Shown in pieces: positions 52,779-62,640 of a stretch of 64,000 nt of DNA. The position numbers and the translations under genes are program-made. The stretch is from the NCBI GenBank assembly GCA_964553275.1, contig CAZKKG010000001.1, forward strand, positions 36,993 through 100,992, written 5' to 3'. Below the pieces are notes generated by a model, which saw nothing but the letters and a program-made list of their open reading frames with translations, was not told where the DNA came from and did no database searches. Numbering within the stretch: the first letter of the stretch is position 1; each line of letters begins with the position of its first letter. Source of the stretch: an uncultured Candidatus Saccharibacteria bacterium (lineage in GTDB: Bacteria; Patescibacteriota; Minisyncoccia; Minisyncoccales; CAZBVF01).

Positions 52779-53972
52779 TTATTTTATTTGAACAAATCTT
52801 CTCTTCCCTACTTGAACAACTTGACCTTTTTTTATCTTAATCTTTTCCTTCCAATCATTTTTAACCTTCCCGTCTATTTTTACTCCTCCTTGTAATATTA
52901 AGCGCCTAGCCTCTGTTTTAGAAGGGGCTAGATTTATTTTGACCAGAAGAGAACAAGTATCTATAACTGAATCTTTCACCATAGCCAGTCGTATTTTTGA
53001 GGGAATCTTTTTTTCTCTAAAAACTCTACTAAATTCCTTCTCTGCTTTTTGAGCTGCATTCTCTGAGTGATAGTCTTTAACTATTCCAAAAGCAAGCTTT
53101 CTTTTGAGTTCTATAGGATTAATTTTCTTTAGCCTCAACCTTTCTTTGTACTCTTTTACTTTTTTGGAAGGGACGTCAGTAAAAAGTTCAAAATATGAAA
53201 TAATTAAATTGTCGGATATAGACATCACTTTGCCAAACATCTCGTTTGGAGAATCCAAAATCCAAATACAATTGCCCGATGTCTTGCTCATTTGCCTGCC
53301 GTCGGTCCCCAAGGCCATGGGCACGGTTATTATAAACTTCTCTCTATCGTTCATTTTCCTCTGAAGTTCTCTTCCTATGAGCATATTGAAAACTTGGTCC
53401 GTTCCTCCAATTTCAAGGTCAACATCCATAACCACCGAATCATATCCTTGAAGTAATGGATATAAAGTCTCATGGACAAATACAGTGTCTCCGCTTTTTA
53501 CCCTCCTCTGGAACATTTCCCTTTGAAAAAGCTTTATTGCCGATATATTAGAAGCAATATTAATAATGTCTTTTAATTTTAACTTTAAGAGCCAATCTCC
53601 GTTGTGCTTTATCTTCACTTTTGAAAAATCTAAAATCTTTCCTGCTTGTTTTTTCCATCCTTTAATATTTTCCCTTACCTCTTTTTCCGTAATATCGGCT
53701 CTTTTTGACGACCTTAAAGAAGGATCCCCCGTAAGCACCGTTCCCGTACCGATTAATAGGATGACGTCGTGACCCAGGTCGGCAAACTCCTGAAGCTTTT
53801 TCAATGGAATTGCGTGGCCTAAGTGTAAATTCCCTCCCGTAGGGTCTATTCCCAGGTAAACCTTTATTTTCTTTTTCATTAGACTCGCAAGTTCTTTTTT
53901 ACCGGGTATGACTTCGGCAACCCTGCGAGTTAATGTTCCTTCAATTTTTTTCGGATTTTTATTTATCCTCAT
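52779..53972 (-). CDS. tyrS: Tyrosine--tRNA ligase
   Basis: YLGIDPT..LHLGH, GDPS, YPLLQGYD, GGTDQ.FN, QMSKT (KMSKS-like), S4 domain; start at 53972. Confidence 0.96.
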   Translation of the reverse strand: MRINKNPKKIEGTLTRRVAEVIPGKKELASLMKKKIKVYLGIDPTGGNLHLGHAIPLKKLQEFADLGHDVILLIGTGTVLTGDPSLRSSKRADITEKEVRENIKGWKKQAGKILDFSKVKIKHNGDWLLKLKLKDIINIASNISAIKLFQREMFQRRVKSGDTVFVHETLYPLLQGYDSVVMDVDLEIGGTDQVFNMLIGRELQRKMNDREKFIITVPMALGTDGRQMSKTSGNCIWILDSPNEMFGKVMSISDNLIISYFELFTDVPSKKVKEYKERLRLKKINPIELKRKLAFGIVKDYHSENAAQKAEKEFSRVFREKKIPSKIRLAMVKDSVIDTCSLLVKINLAPSKTEARRLILQGGVKIDGKVKNDWKEKIKIKKGQVVQVGKRRFVQIK

Positions 53973-54098
53973 AAAGATAATTAAAGTTATATACCTTAAA
54001 TTTAGCATTTGTTATTTTTAAAATCAACTCATCTTTCTTATTGCTTGCTGCCTGCTGAGTGGTATGATAAAATAAATTCCTCTAAAATAATATTTATT

Positions 54099-56213
54099 AT
54101 GGCGGTTAGAAAATTCCATAGAAAAACATTAAAAGAACCAAAGACAAAAAAGAAGTTTTCCAGGTTACTAATGTTTTTTTTAATAGTGTTTTTTACTTTA
54201 TTATTAACCGGTTTTTTTCTCTTTATTTACTATGGCAGAGACTTACCACGCCCCGAAAAGTTTACAGAAAAACAGCTTTTTCAACCAACCGGGATATATG
54301 ACCGAACCGGAGAAGTCCTCTTATATCAAATTTACGGTGAGGAAAAAAGAGAATGGGTGGATTTTGAACAAATCCCAGAACAGATGAAACAGGCAGTTAT
54401 ATCGACCGAAGACAGTAATTTCTACAATCATTTTGGAATAGATATCAGAGGAATTGCTAGAGCCATCTTGACCGATTTAAGAATAAGAAAGCCAACTCAT
54501 GGGGGATCAACCATCACTCAGCAATTAATACGATCTTCTTTCTTGAGTAATGAGAAAACCATAGAAAGGAAAATCAAGGAAATCATATTGACATTTGATA
54601 TTGAAAGAAAATTTTCTAAAGATCAAATTTTAGAATTCTATTTGAATCAAGTGCCTTTTGGGCAAAACTGTTACGGAGTACAATCGGCGTCCAAGGCCTA
54701 TTTCGGAAAGCCTATTTCTGAAGCTTCCTTACCGGAGATAGCAATTCTTACCTCTCTCATCCAAGCTCCGAGCTATCTTTCTCCTTACGGAGAACATTTA
54801 GACGAACTCCTTATAAGGAAGGATTACGTTATAGACAGAATGGTAAAAAATGATTTCATAGACGAAGAAGGGGCAAATCAATTTAAAGAAGAAAAAATAA
54901 CATTCACCCCAAAGGAAGATATTAATCAGGTTTTAGCCCCTCATTTTGTTTTAGAAATAAAAGAATATTTAATAAAGAATTATGGTGAAAATTATTTAAC
55001 CAGAAATGGGCTAAAGGTCTACTCCACCCTTGATTGGGAGCTTCAAGAATCAATAGAAACGATAGTTAAACAAAAGTCAGAATTTAATAAAGCCTATAAT
55101 GCCAATAACACTGCTTTGGTGGCATTAGATCCCTGGACGGGTGAAATATTAGCAATGGTTGGGTCCAAAGGCTACTTTGAGGAAGCCTATCCCGAGGGAT
55201 GTAATTCCGAAAAAAATGAATGCCTATTCTCCCCTCAATACAATGCAGCCACACAGGGAGAAAGGCAGCCCGGGTCAGCATTCAAACCCTTTGCTTATCT
55301 AACCGCATTTGAAAAGAAATTTTGCCCCGAAACTATTTTATGGAATGCTGAAACTAACTTCGGCACGAAAGAACAGGAATATATCCCCCAGAATTATAAC
55401 GGGAAGTTCACGGGCCCCATCACTTTTAGAAATGCATTAGCACAATCAATAAACGTGCCATCAATCAAGGTCCTTTATTTAGCGGGAGGAGAAGAAACAT
55501 TGAATAATGCTCGAAAAATGGGTATTACCACTTTAAATAAACCTTTTAGTTACTACAGTCTTCCCCTGGTTTTAGGGGGAGGGGAAGTAAAGCTTATGGA
55601 AATGGTTTCTGCTTACGGAGTTTTTGCTACGGAAGGATATTTCATTAACTCTGTAAATATATTAAAAATCGAAGACATAAAAGGTAATATCATTCAAGAG
55701 AATAAAAATCAATTAAGAAGAATTTTAGACAACCAGCCCTGTAGACTGGTTAATGATATTTTATCCGACAATGAAGCCCGTGCCCCCTTGTTTGGATGGA
55801 ATTCCAACCTTTATTTTAAGGATTACGAAGTTTGTGCAAAAACGGGAACCACTCAAAACTATAATGATGCCTGGGCTATCGGTTACACCCCAAATATTGT
55901 GATAGGAGTATGGGTAGGAAATAACAATAATGCCCCAATGGATAAAAAGCCGGGAGTGGCTTTGGCCGGTCCAATCTTCCATGAATCACTGGAAAAAGCT
56001 TTGGAAATTTATCCCTATGAAGGAGAATTTAAAAAACCAGACCCATATATAGGGGTGCATACAGAAACAGATTTAGAAGATCCTCATTCAATCCTTCATT
56101 ATCTAAAAAAGGAGGACCCCTTAGGACCTCCCCCTCAATTTCCCGCAGATGACCCGCAATATTTAAAGTGGGAAAGGGGAATTGAAATGTATCTTGAGAA
56201 TTCTAAAAAATAA
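54099..56213 (+). CDS. Class A penicillin-binding protein (transglycosylase + transpeptidase)
   Basis: TM anchor; EDSNFY.HFG, GGSTITQQL, RKIKE, YLN; SAFK, SIN, KTGT. Confidence 0.95.
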   Translation: MAVRKFHRKTLKEPKTKKKFSRLLMFFLIVFFTLLLTGFFLFIYYGRDLPRPEKFTEKQLFQPTGIYDRTGEVLLYQIYGEEKREWVDFEQIPEQMKQAVISTEDSNFYNHFGIDIRGIARAILTDLRIRKPTHGGSTITQQLIRSSFLSNEKTIERKIKEIILTFDIERKFSKDQILEFYLNQVPFGQNCYGVQSASKAYFGKPISEASLPEIAILTSLIQAPSYLSPYGEHLDELLIRKDYVIDRMVKNDFIDEEGANQFKEEKITFTPKEDINQVLAPHFVLEIKEYLIKNYGENYLTRNGLKVYSTLDWELQESIETIVKQKSEFNKAYNANNTALVALDPWTGEILAMVGSKGYFEEAYPEGCNSEKNECLFSPQYNAATQGERQPGSAFKPFAYLTAFEKKFCPETILWNAETNFGTKEQEYIPQNYNGKFTGPITFRNALAQSINVPSIKVLYLAGGEETLNNARKMGITTLNKPFSYYSLPLVLGGGEVKLMEMVSAYGVFATEGYFINSVNILKIEDIKGNIIQENKNQLRRILDNQPCRLVNDILSDNEARAPLFGWNSNLYFKDYEVCAKTGTTQNYNDAWAIGYTPNIVIGVWVGNNNNAPMDKKPGVALAGPIFHESLEKALEIYPYEGEFKKPDPYIGVHTETDLEDPHSILHYLKKEDPLGPPPQFPADDPQYLKWERGIEMYLENSKK

Positions 56214-56214
56214 A

Positions 56215-57363
56215 CTAGGACTTAATTGGCATTAAAATGTAAATATAACCCGTGTCCTTTGTTGATTTCAGCAGGGCTGGTCCATCTTCACCGTTAAGTT
56301 CGAAAATAACAGAGCCATCTTCCAGGTTTGATATACCATCTATTAAAAATTTGAAATTAAAAGAAATGTCTGCTTTCTCGCCGCCTATCTTTCCATCCAT
56401 AGATGATTTATGTTCCCCTATGTCCGGGTCTTGTGCAAAAAAAGTAATTAAATTCTTGCTAGGATCTACTTTTAAGTTTACCTTGTTTGTTCTGCCGCTA
56501 AAAAGAGAAGCGGTTTTAATTTTATTTAGAAAATCTTCTTTATTCAAAATAATCTGGGTTTTATAGTCTTTGGGAATTATTTCTTGATAATTTGGAAATA
56601 CACCCTCGATTAAACGCGAGGTCAGACAGAACTGAGGAAAGGAAAAATCCTCAGATAAGAATTCAAAAAATAACTGATTTGGTTCAAAATATATTTTTGT
56701 TTTAAATTCTTTTTTTGTTTGAGAGCTTACTTCAGAGATAATATTAGCCACCTCTTTCACCGCTTTTTGGGGAAGAATAAAAGAATAACCTTTATTAATT
56801 TTATTTTCATAATACATATCCTTTTTAGCTAATCTAAAACTGTCGGTACTCACCATTTCCATTTTCTCTTTCTGAATATTGAAATACACTCCGCATAATT
56901 CAGGATGGGTCTGTCCCTGACTGCAAAAATCCAAAACTTTTAATACTCCATTTAAGAAGGGGGTGCTATTTATCTCTATAAAATCTTTTTCGTTTTTAAC
57001 CTTAGGGATTATAGGAAAATCATCCGGAGAAAGTCCTTTTATATAAGACTTAAAGTCTTTTCCCGATACGATAAGGGTATCGTCTTTCCCTTTTAATTCG
57101 ATTTGCATGTCTTCATCTACTAAAGAATTAATAAGACTGGAGAAGGGTTTGGCGGGGATGGAAATCTGACCCTCTTGTTCCATTTTAATTAATGTTCGAT
57201 ATTCCATTCCTATCTCTAAATCCGTACCGACTAAAGTAAGGAAGTTTTGTTTTACTTTAATTAAAATATTATTTAACACGGGGAGTGTGGGGTTTTTTCC
57301 GGTTACTCTTTCAATAATATTTAAACCCTTCTTTAAATTATTCTTTATTATTATTAGTTTCAT
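56215..57363 (-). CDS. dnaN: DNA polymerase III beta clamp
   Basis: LPVL.NI, TDLEI, DFP.IP, STDSFRLA, SRLIEG.FPNY, LMP; downstream of dnaA. Confidence 0.97.
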   Translation of the reverse strand: MKLIIIKNNLKKGLNIIERVTGKNPTLPVLNNILIKVKQNFLTLVGTDLEIGMEYRTLIKMEQEGQISIPAKPFSSLINSLVDEDMQIELKGKDDTLIVSGKDFKSYIKGLSPDDFPIIPKVKNEKDFIEINSTPFLNGVLKVLDFCSQGQTHPELCGVYFNIQKEKMEMVSTDSFRLAKKDMYYENKINKGYSFILPQKAVKEVANIISEVSSQTKKEFKTKIYFEPNQLFFEFLSEDFSFPQFCLTSRLIEGVFPNYQEIIPKDYKTQIILNKEDFLNKIKTASLFSGRTNKVNLKVDPSKNLITFFAQDPDIGEHKSSMDGKIGGEKADISFNFKFLIDGISNLEDGSVIFELNGEDGPALLKSTKDTGYIYILMPIKS

Positions 57364-57545
57364 GATTTTTTTATTGTTTTAGGTTCAATTTAATTGGGGA
57401 GAAATGGTGAATGAATTCGAATAAAAGAATGTGGAAAAAATATGAATAACAAAAATGGGTTGATTTTTCAAGAATTTACTAATTGTTTTTTAGTAGATTA
57501 TTCTATAGATTTTTATACAGGGTTATAAACAGAACCTTAACAAGA
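57364..57545. other. Probable oriC component between dnaA and dnaN
   Basis: AT-rich; DnaA-box-like TGTGGAAAA (57430-57438), TATGAATAA (57441-57449), TTATAAACA (57523-57531). Confidence 0.6.
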
Positions 57546-58892
57546 TTAAATCCTTGAAATCGTCTGTTTTATGATATCAATTTCTTCTCTCAATTGGTTG
57601 TTTTCTTCTATTTCTTTTGAAATTTTTTGAACCGCATAAATAGCAGTGGTGTGATCTCTGCCTCCAAAATTTCTTCCTATAAAAGGAAAGGAGCTTTTTA
57701 GTTCTTTTCTTAAAATATACATAGCAACTTGACGCGGCCTTACGATTTCTTTCTTTCTTGACGAATTTATTAAATCAACCTCTTTTATGGAATAAAATTC
57801 TGCCACTTCTTTAATTATTCTCTTAGGAGTAACTCTTTTATACGGAGAGGATATAATGTTTTTTAATAAAGCCTTAACTTCATTTTCATTAACAATACAA
57901 TTATTAACTTTTTGATAAACTATAACCTGATTTAAGGCACCCTCTAATTCTCTGATATTCCTTTTTATATTTGAAGCTATATATTCTATAATTTTCAAAG
58001 AAATATCTATTTGTTTTTCTTGAAGTTTTGTTTTGAGAATGGCTATTCTTGTCTCAACATCGGGTAGGCTTATGTCTGTTATCATCCCTCCCTCAAAACG
58101 TGAACGCAGTCTTTCTTCTAAGGCGGAAATTGCATTGGGGGGGCGATCGGAAGAAAGAATCACTTGCTTATTTCTCTCGTGTAAAGTATTAAATGTGTGA
58201 AAGAATTCTTCCTGAGTTTTTTCTTTCCCAGCAATAAATTGAATATCGTCAATTATTAAGACGTCAAAGGACCTATAGTTTTCTTTAAGCTTTTCAATGC
58301 TTTTATTCTTAATTGAATTTACAACTTCGGAGGTAAACTTCTCGGAAGGCAAATATTTAATCTTCTTTTTTGGAAACTTTTTATCAATCTCGTTGCCGAT
58401 CGCTTGAATTAAGTGAGTTTTTCCCAATCCCACTCCTCCGTATATGAATAAAGGGTTATAGGATGATCCCGGACTTTTACAAACAGCCTGAGCCGCTGCA
58501 TAGGCAAGTTCGTTAAAAGGTCCCACCACAAAATTATCAAATGTATAGCGGGGATTTAGATTAGTATCTTTATTGATTTTAAATTGTTGAAAGTTAAGCT
58601 GGCTTGTTTCTATTCTGGTAGGAGAATAGATTTTAACATTTAATCTTGGGTTTGAAACTTCATATTTCACAACCCTGACATCTTGATCCAAGGCTCTTAC
58701 CGTTTTCAAAATAAGCTTGTTGTATTTATTCTCCAGCCATTCTTTTGAAAAATTGTTAGGAACAGAAACGACAATTTCATTTTCTTTTTTATTTACAATT
58801 TTTGTATTTTTGAACCAAGTGGCAAAATTAGCTGGAGAAATATTAAATTGAATTTGCGCTAGCAGAGTCTGCCATAAATCTTCTTTTTTCAT
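57546..58892 (-). CDS. dnaA: Chromosomal replication initiator DnaA
   Basis: LNPRYTFDNFVVG, YNPLFIYGGVGLGKTHL, IDDIQF, RL.SRF, NIRELEGAL, RQVAMY, GRDHTT. Confidence 0.98.
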   Translation of the reverse strand: MKKEDLWQTLLAQIQFNISPANFATWFKNTKIVNKKENEIVVSVPNNFSKEWLENKYNKLILKTVRALDQDVRVVKYEVSNPRLNVKIYSPTRIETSQLNFQQFKINKDTNLNPRYTFDNFVVGPFNELAYAAAQAVCKSPGSSYNPLFIYGGVGLGKTHLIQAIGNEIDKKFPKKKIKYLPSEKFTSEVVNSIKNKSIEKLKENYRSFDVLIIDDIQFIAGKEKTQEEFFHTFNTLHERNKQVILSSDRPPNAISALEERLRSRFEGGMITDISLPDVETRIAILKTKLQEKQIDISLKIIEYIASNIKRNIRELEGALNQVIVYQKVNNCIVNENEVKALLKNIISSPYKRVTPKRIIKEVAEFYSIKEVDLINSSRKKEIVRPRQVAMYILRKELKSSFPFIGRNFGGRDHTTAIYAVQKISKEIEENNQLREEIDIIKQTISRI

Positions 58893-59158
58893 GAAATGTA
58901 ATTATTTTTTTAAAAGCTTTTCCAAAAAATAACTTAAAATTTAACACTATTTTTTTTAGTTCAATCGTATTATAGCATAGCACAAATAGAATAAAAATAA
59001 AGGGGAAATACGTTAAAACGTGAACAAACTGTTTATAATTTGTTAAGAAATTCGAGATATTTTTAATGCCTATATTTTCTATTTATTACATATAAAGAGT
59101 TTGTCCTTTTGATTATGTTATGTTAGAATGCTAGTATATTTCATCGTAATATATCGTT
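58893..59158. promoter_or_regulatory. dnaA-rpmH divergent promoter region, possible second oriC part
   Basis: Minus-strand TGC-TATAAT (58969-58977); box-like TGTTTATAA (59030-59038) and CGTGAACAA (59019-59027); very AT-rich. Confidence 0.55.
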
Positions 59159-59293
59159 ATGAGCATTACCTATAATCCCAAAAAGAGAAAAAGGAAAAAA
59201 GCACATGGATTTAGAATTAGAATGAGCACAAAGGCAGGGAGAAGCGTTCTAAGCAACAGGAGGAAGAAAAAAAGAAAGCAGCTTACTGTTTAG
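59159..59293 (+). CDS. rpmH: 50S ribosomal protein L34
   Basis: Manual translation [44 protein letters not shown]; too short for the ORF track. Confidence 0.96.
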   Translation: MSITYNPKKRKRKKAHGFRIRMSTKAGRSVLSNRRKKKRKQLTV

Positions 59294-59330
59294 CTCTTTT
59301 AGAAAGGCGCTTTTTAAATTTTATAAAAAG

Positions 59331-59675
59331 GTGTTTCCGAAAAGAAAAAGATTAAAAAAGAAAAAAGATTTTGATAAAGTTTTTCATGAAGGTGCAAGTT
59401 TTAAGGAAGACTTTTTATTTCTAAAGATTTTTAAGAATGACCTGGGGACTAATCGTTTCGGAGTAGCGGTTGGAAAAAAGACTTTCAATAAGGCAACAGA
59501 AAGAAATAGAATTAAGAGAAGAATAAATGAGTTGTTAAGATCTGAATTGCCCGAACTGAAAAAAGGATGGGACATTATAGTAATTATCAGCGGCAACATT
59601 AAAAACGAAAGTCATGGAGAATTAAAAGACAAAATTAATAAACTTTTCGAAAAAGCAAAATTAATTCTCGATTAA
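59331..59675 (+). CDS. rnpA: Ribonuclease P protein component
   Basis: RLKKKKDF..VF, RFG..V.KK, KATERNRIKRR. Confidence 0.95.
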   Translation: MFPKRKRLKKKKDFDKVFHEGASFKEDFLFLKIFKNDLGTNRFGVAVGKKTFNKATERNRIKRRINELLRSELPELKKGWDIIVIISGNIKNESHGELKDKINKLFEKAKLILD

Positions 59676-59686
59676 CTTTATTATTC

Positions 59687-59896
59687 ATGGGAAAGAACAT
59701 TGTGCTTAAAGTAATAAAATTCTACCAATTCTTTATTTCGGCTAATTTTGGACGACATTGCAGATTTTATCCAACTTGTTCTGCCTATACCTATCAAGCT
59801 GTTGAAAAATATGGAATTTTCAAAGGTGTATTCAAGGGTTTTTGGAGAATCCTAAAATGTGGTCCATGGTCTCGAGGAGGAGTAGATTTACCATAA
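59687..59896 (+). CDS. yidD: Membrane protein insertion efficiency factor YidD
   Basis: CRFYPTCS.Y, RILKC.PW..GG.D. Confidence 0.95.
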   Translation: MGKNIVLKVIKFYQFFISANFGRHCRFYPTCSAYTYQAVEKYGIFKGVFKGFWRILKCGPWSRGGVDLP

Positions 59897-59899
59897 TTT

Positions 59900-60655
59900 A
59901 TGGAATTTTTAATTAACATTTTTAATGTAATTCTATATCAGCCGCTTTTCAATATTCTGATTGTGTTCTACCAATATCTGCCGGGGCATGATTTTGGAAT
60001 AGCGGTCATAGCATTAACCCTTTTTGTCAGAATAATCTTGTATCCTGTAATGATGCACTCCATCAAGTCCCAGAAGAAGATTCAGGATATTCAGCCCAAG
60101 ATTCAGGAGATTCAGGAAAAATATAAGGACGACAAGGAAAAACAGGCAAAGGCGGTAATGGAAGTTTACAAAGAATCAAAGGTTAACCCTTTTGGGGGAT
60201 GTCTTCCCCTACTCCTTCAGCTTCCGATTCTAATTGCGCTATACCGCGTATTTTGGAATAGTTTTCAAATAGATCCAACGCTTGTTTACAGTTTTATCCC
60301 GCCCCCGGAAGCACTTAACCCTCTTTTTCTGGGGATAATAGACTTGTCTCGGCCCAATATCATTTTTGCCATACTTGCAGGAATAGGACAATATTTTCAA
60401 GCAAAAACTTCCTTTGCAAAAGTTCCTAAAAGAAAAAAGAAGGGAGAAAATCAGATGAGTCAGTTTTCCGGTATGATGCAGAAACAAATGCTTTATTTCT
60501 TTCCCGCGTTTACTTTCTTCATCCTTTTAAGACTTCCTGCGGCTCTCGGTTTATACTGGATGATAAACATCCTATTTTCGATTTTTCAACAACATTCAAT
60601 TTATAAATCAGATAAACCAAAAGAAGAACCCAACCATGGCACAATCAAATCCTGA
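59900..60655 (+). CDS. yidC: YidC/Oxa1 insertase, short form
   Basis: FGIAVI.LT..VR.ILYP, QPKI..IQEKYK.D, NPFGGCLP.L.Q.PI, GLYW. Confidence 0.95.
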   Translation: MEFLINIFNVILYQPLFNILIVFYQYLPGHDFGIAVIALTLFVRIILYPVMMHSIKSQKKIQDIQPKIQEIQEKYKDDKEKQAKAVMEVYKESKVNPFGGCLPLLLQLPILIALYRVFWNSFQIDPTLVYSFIPPPEALNPLFLGIIDLSRPNIIFAILAGIGQYFQAKTSFAKVPKRKKKGENQMSQFSGMMQKQMLYFFPAFTFFILLRLPAALGLYWMINILFSIFQQHSIYKSDKPKEEPNHGTIKS

Positions 60656-61100
60656 AAAAATTAAAGAAATCATAGAAGAATTCTTTCAGAAAATGGGTTT
60701 TGGGGTTGAGGTAGAGATAAGAATACCTCAAGACCTGACTATTCCTATTGATATTAAAACCTTCGAACCACAGATTTTAATCGGTAAAAACGGAGAAACC
60801 TTAACAGAAATACAGCGCTTATTAAAAATAATCCTTAAAAGAAAAATTGCTCCAGAGAAGAGCTTTTACATTGATTTAGATATAAATGACTATAAAAAGA
60901 AGAAGGTGGAATATTTAAGGGAGATGGCAAGAGATGCTGCCAATGAAGTTTCCCTTTCAAAGAAAGAAAGAAAACTGGCTTCGATGCCAGCTTACGAAAG
61001 AAGAGTTATTCATCTGGAGTTAGTAGACAGAGAGGATATTACAACAGAAAGCGTGGGAGAGGAACCCGAGAGAAGCATTGTCATAAAACCCGCTCTTTAA
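60636..61100 (+). CDS. jag: Jag/KhpB RNA-binding protein (KH + R3H)
   Basis: LIGKNGETL..IQ, LDINDY, M.AYERRVIH, TES.GEEPER. Confidence 0.9.
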   Translation: MAQSNPEKIKEIIEEFFQKMGFGVEVEIRIPQDLTIPIDIKTFEPQILIGKNGETLTEIQRLLKIILKRKIAPEKSFYIDLDINDYKKKKVEYLREMARDAANEVSLSKKERKLASMPAYERRVIHLELVDREDITTESVGEEPERSIVIKPAL

Positions 61101-61126
61101 TTGATATTAAATAAAGAATTCTCAAG

Positions 61127-61148
61127 AAGCCCCCTTCGGGGCTTTTTT
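61127..61148. terminator. Intrinsic terminator
   Basis: AAGCCCC-CTTC-GGGGCTTTTTT. Confidence 0.8.
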
Positions 61149-62637
61149 AATCTCCTTTTATAATCTTTCCCTTAAATACTTGTAGAACTTCGATGCATGG
61201 TTGTCTATTCCACCACCAAAATCCTTGAGTACAAAAAGTTCCGACAAAATCATCTTCTAAGTTTCTATCGCTCTTGTCAAACACTTCGCAGGGTTTTGCA
61301 TTGTCTATGCTGCCGATTTCAATTTGTCCTACCGACCAACTAGCCTCTGGCGAGCCGTAAGCTATGGCAACCCAGTTTTCTTCTTTGTCTACTTTAATTG
61401 AATAACAAGGATTCATGTTAACTGTTTTATTGCTTTTGATATTCTTTATTTCTTTTTTTGATTCACCCGGTTCAAGATCCTCGTTGAAATCTCGATGATC
61501 ATAAATACTAATGCCTTCACCTTCGGCCACTTCCTCTATCATGAAAGGAGTAACCGAACGAAATTCAAAATTTAGCAATTTTTTATCTTCTGTCGCGGTC
61601 ACGCAATCTCCGTCAAATCCATCTCCTTTATGCATAACTAATCCATATTCATAGTCTTCGTTTTCATCGGGAATTAGATAAACTTGTTTAACCTTTCCCT
61701 TAAACTCTTCAATCACAGGACTTTTAACTGATAATTTGTAGCAATTTTCTTTAATTTTCTCTAACATTTCATCTTCTGCGTCCTTATCTAAATTAGCAGA
61801 ACCTTGCATAAAAGACACAAAGCCATCGATTGGTTCCTTACAAAGCCAGATCCCGGAACCAACTGAGATTGCCGGTTTAATATCCTGAGGGCTTATTACT
61901 GCCGAATCAAATTTAATCTGGTTTAAGATTGTAATAGAAGAAATCAAAATTAATACTCCTAATATGGCATAGAGTATTTGGTTTGTAGCATCGGATTTGA
62001 GTCCGGGATTTTCACCGGAAATTAAATATTTTACCCCGGCTATAACTAGTACTCCAAAAGCAACAATTCCCACTATCCAAAGGGCGAAGTTAAAGATGTA
62101 TTTTACATACTTATCTAAGGGGGTAGAGACCTTCTCTGGTGTTTCGGCTCCCCTAATGTTGGGGTAATCTATTTCCAAATCCCTTCCTCCTCCATTGTCT
62201 TGGGCAAAAGCAAAATTAAAAGTTGATTGGTCGGCAGGGCCGGTAGAAGGTTCAGAAAGTATAAGGAGTTCGGGGTTTATTTCGCTCAAGACTAATACGG
62301 AGAGAAGCAAAATCATTATTCCTATCAGAGCCGAAGAGGCTTGATTCTTTGCATCCTTTTGGATTGAAGCATTTCCCGTAGATGTTAAGTATCTTATTCC
62401 TGCAAAAGCCAGTACTCCAAAAGCGACAATTCCCACTATCCAAAGGGCGAAGTTAAAGATGTATTTTACATATTCTGGCAAAGGAATTGAAGTTTCCTCA
62501 GGATGAATTTCCATCAGTTTTGGGTAATCAATTTCAAGACTCCTTGAAAAAACAGAGAAAGCAGAGCTGCCGGATAAAAGGATAGCTGTCAGAAGGATAA
62601 GGCCGATTTTTATAAATTTAGTATGTTTCTTTGCCAT
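61147..62637 (-). CDS. Protein with two tandem TrbC/VirB2-like pilin domains and a Cys-containing extracellular C-terminus
   Basis: Twice LEIDYP...YVKYIFNFALWIVGIVAFGVL..AG..YL.S...DA..Q...A..G..I. Confidence 0.75.
   Translation of the reverse strand: MAKKHTKFIKIGLILLTAILLSGSSAFSVFSRSLEIDYPKLMEIHPEETSIPLPEYVKYIFNFALWIVGIVAFGVLAFAGIRYLTSTGNASIQKDAKNQASSALIGIMILLLSVLVLSEINPELLILSEPSTGPADQSTFNFAFAQDNGGGRDLEIDYPNIRGAETPEKVSTPLDKYVKYIFNFALWIVGIVAFGVLVIAGVKYLISGENPGLKSDATNQILYAILGVLILISSITILNQIKFDSAVISPQDIKPAISVGSGIWLCKEPIDGFVSFMQGSANLDKDAEDEMLEKIKENCYKLSVKSPVIEEFKGKVKQVYLIPDENEDYEYGLVMHKGDGFDGDCVTATEDKKLLNFEFRSVTPFMIEEVAEGEGISIYDHRDFNEDLEPGESKKEIKNIKSNKTVNMNPCYSIKVDKEENWVAIAYGSPEASWSVGQIEIGSIDNAKPCEVFDKSDRNLEDDFVGTFCTQGFWWWNRQPCIEVLQVFKGKIIKGD
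62048..62109. repeat. Intragenic 62-bp duplication (other copy 62411-62472)
   Basis: One mismatch; offset 363 nt (121 codons). Confidence 0.9.
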
Positions 62638-62640
62638 AAC

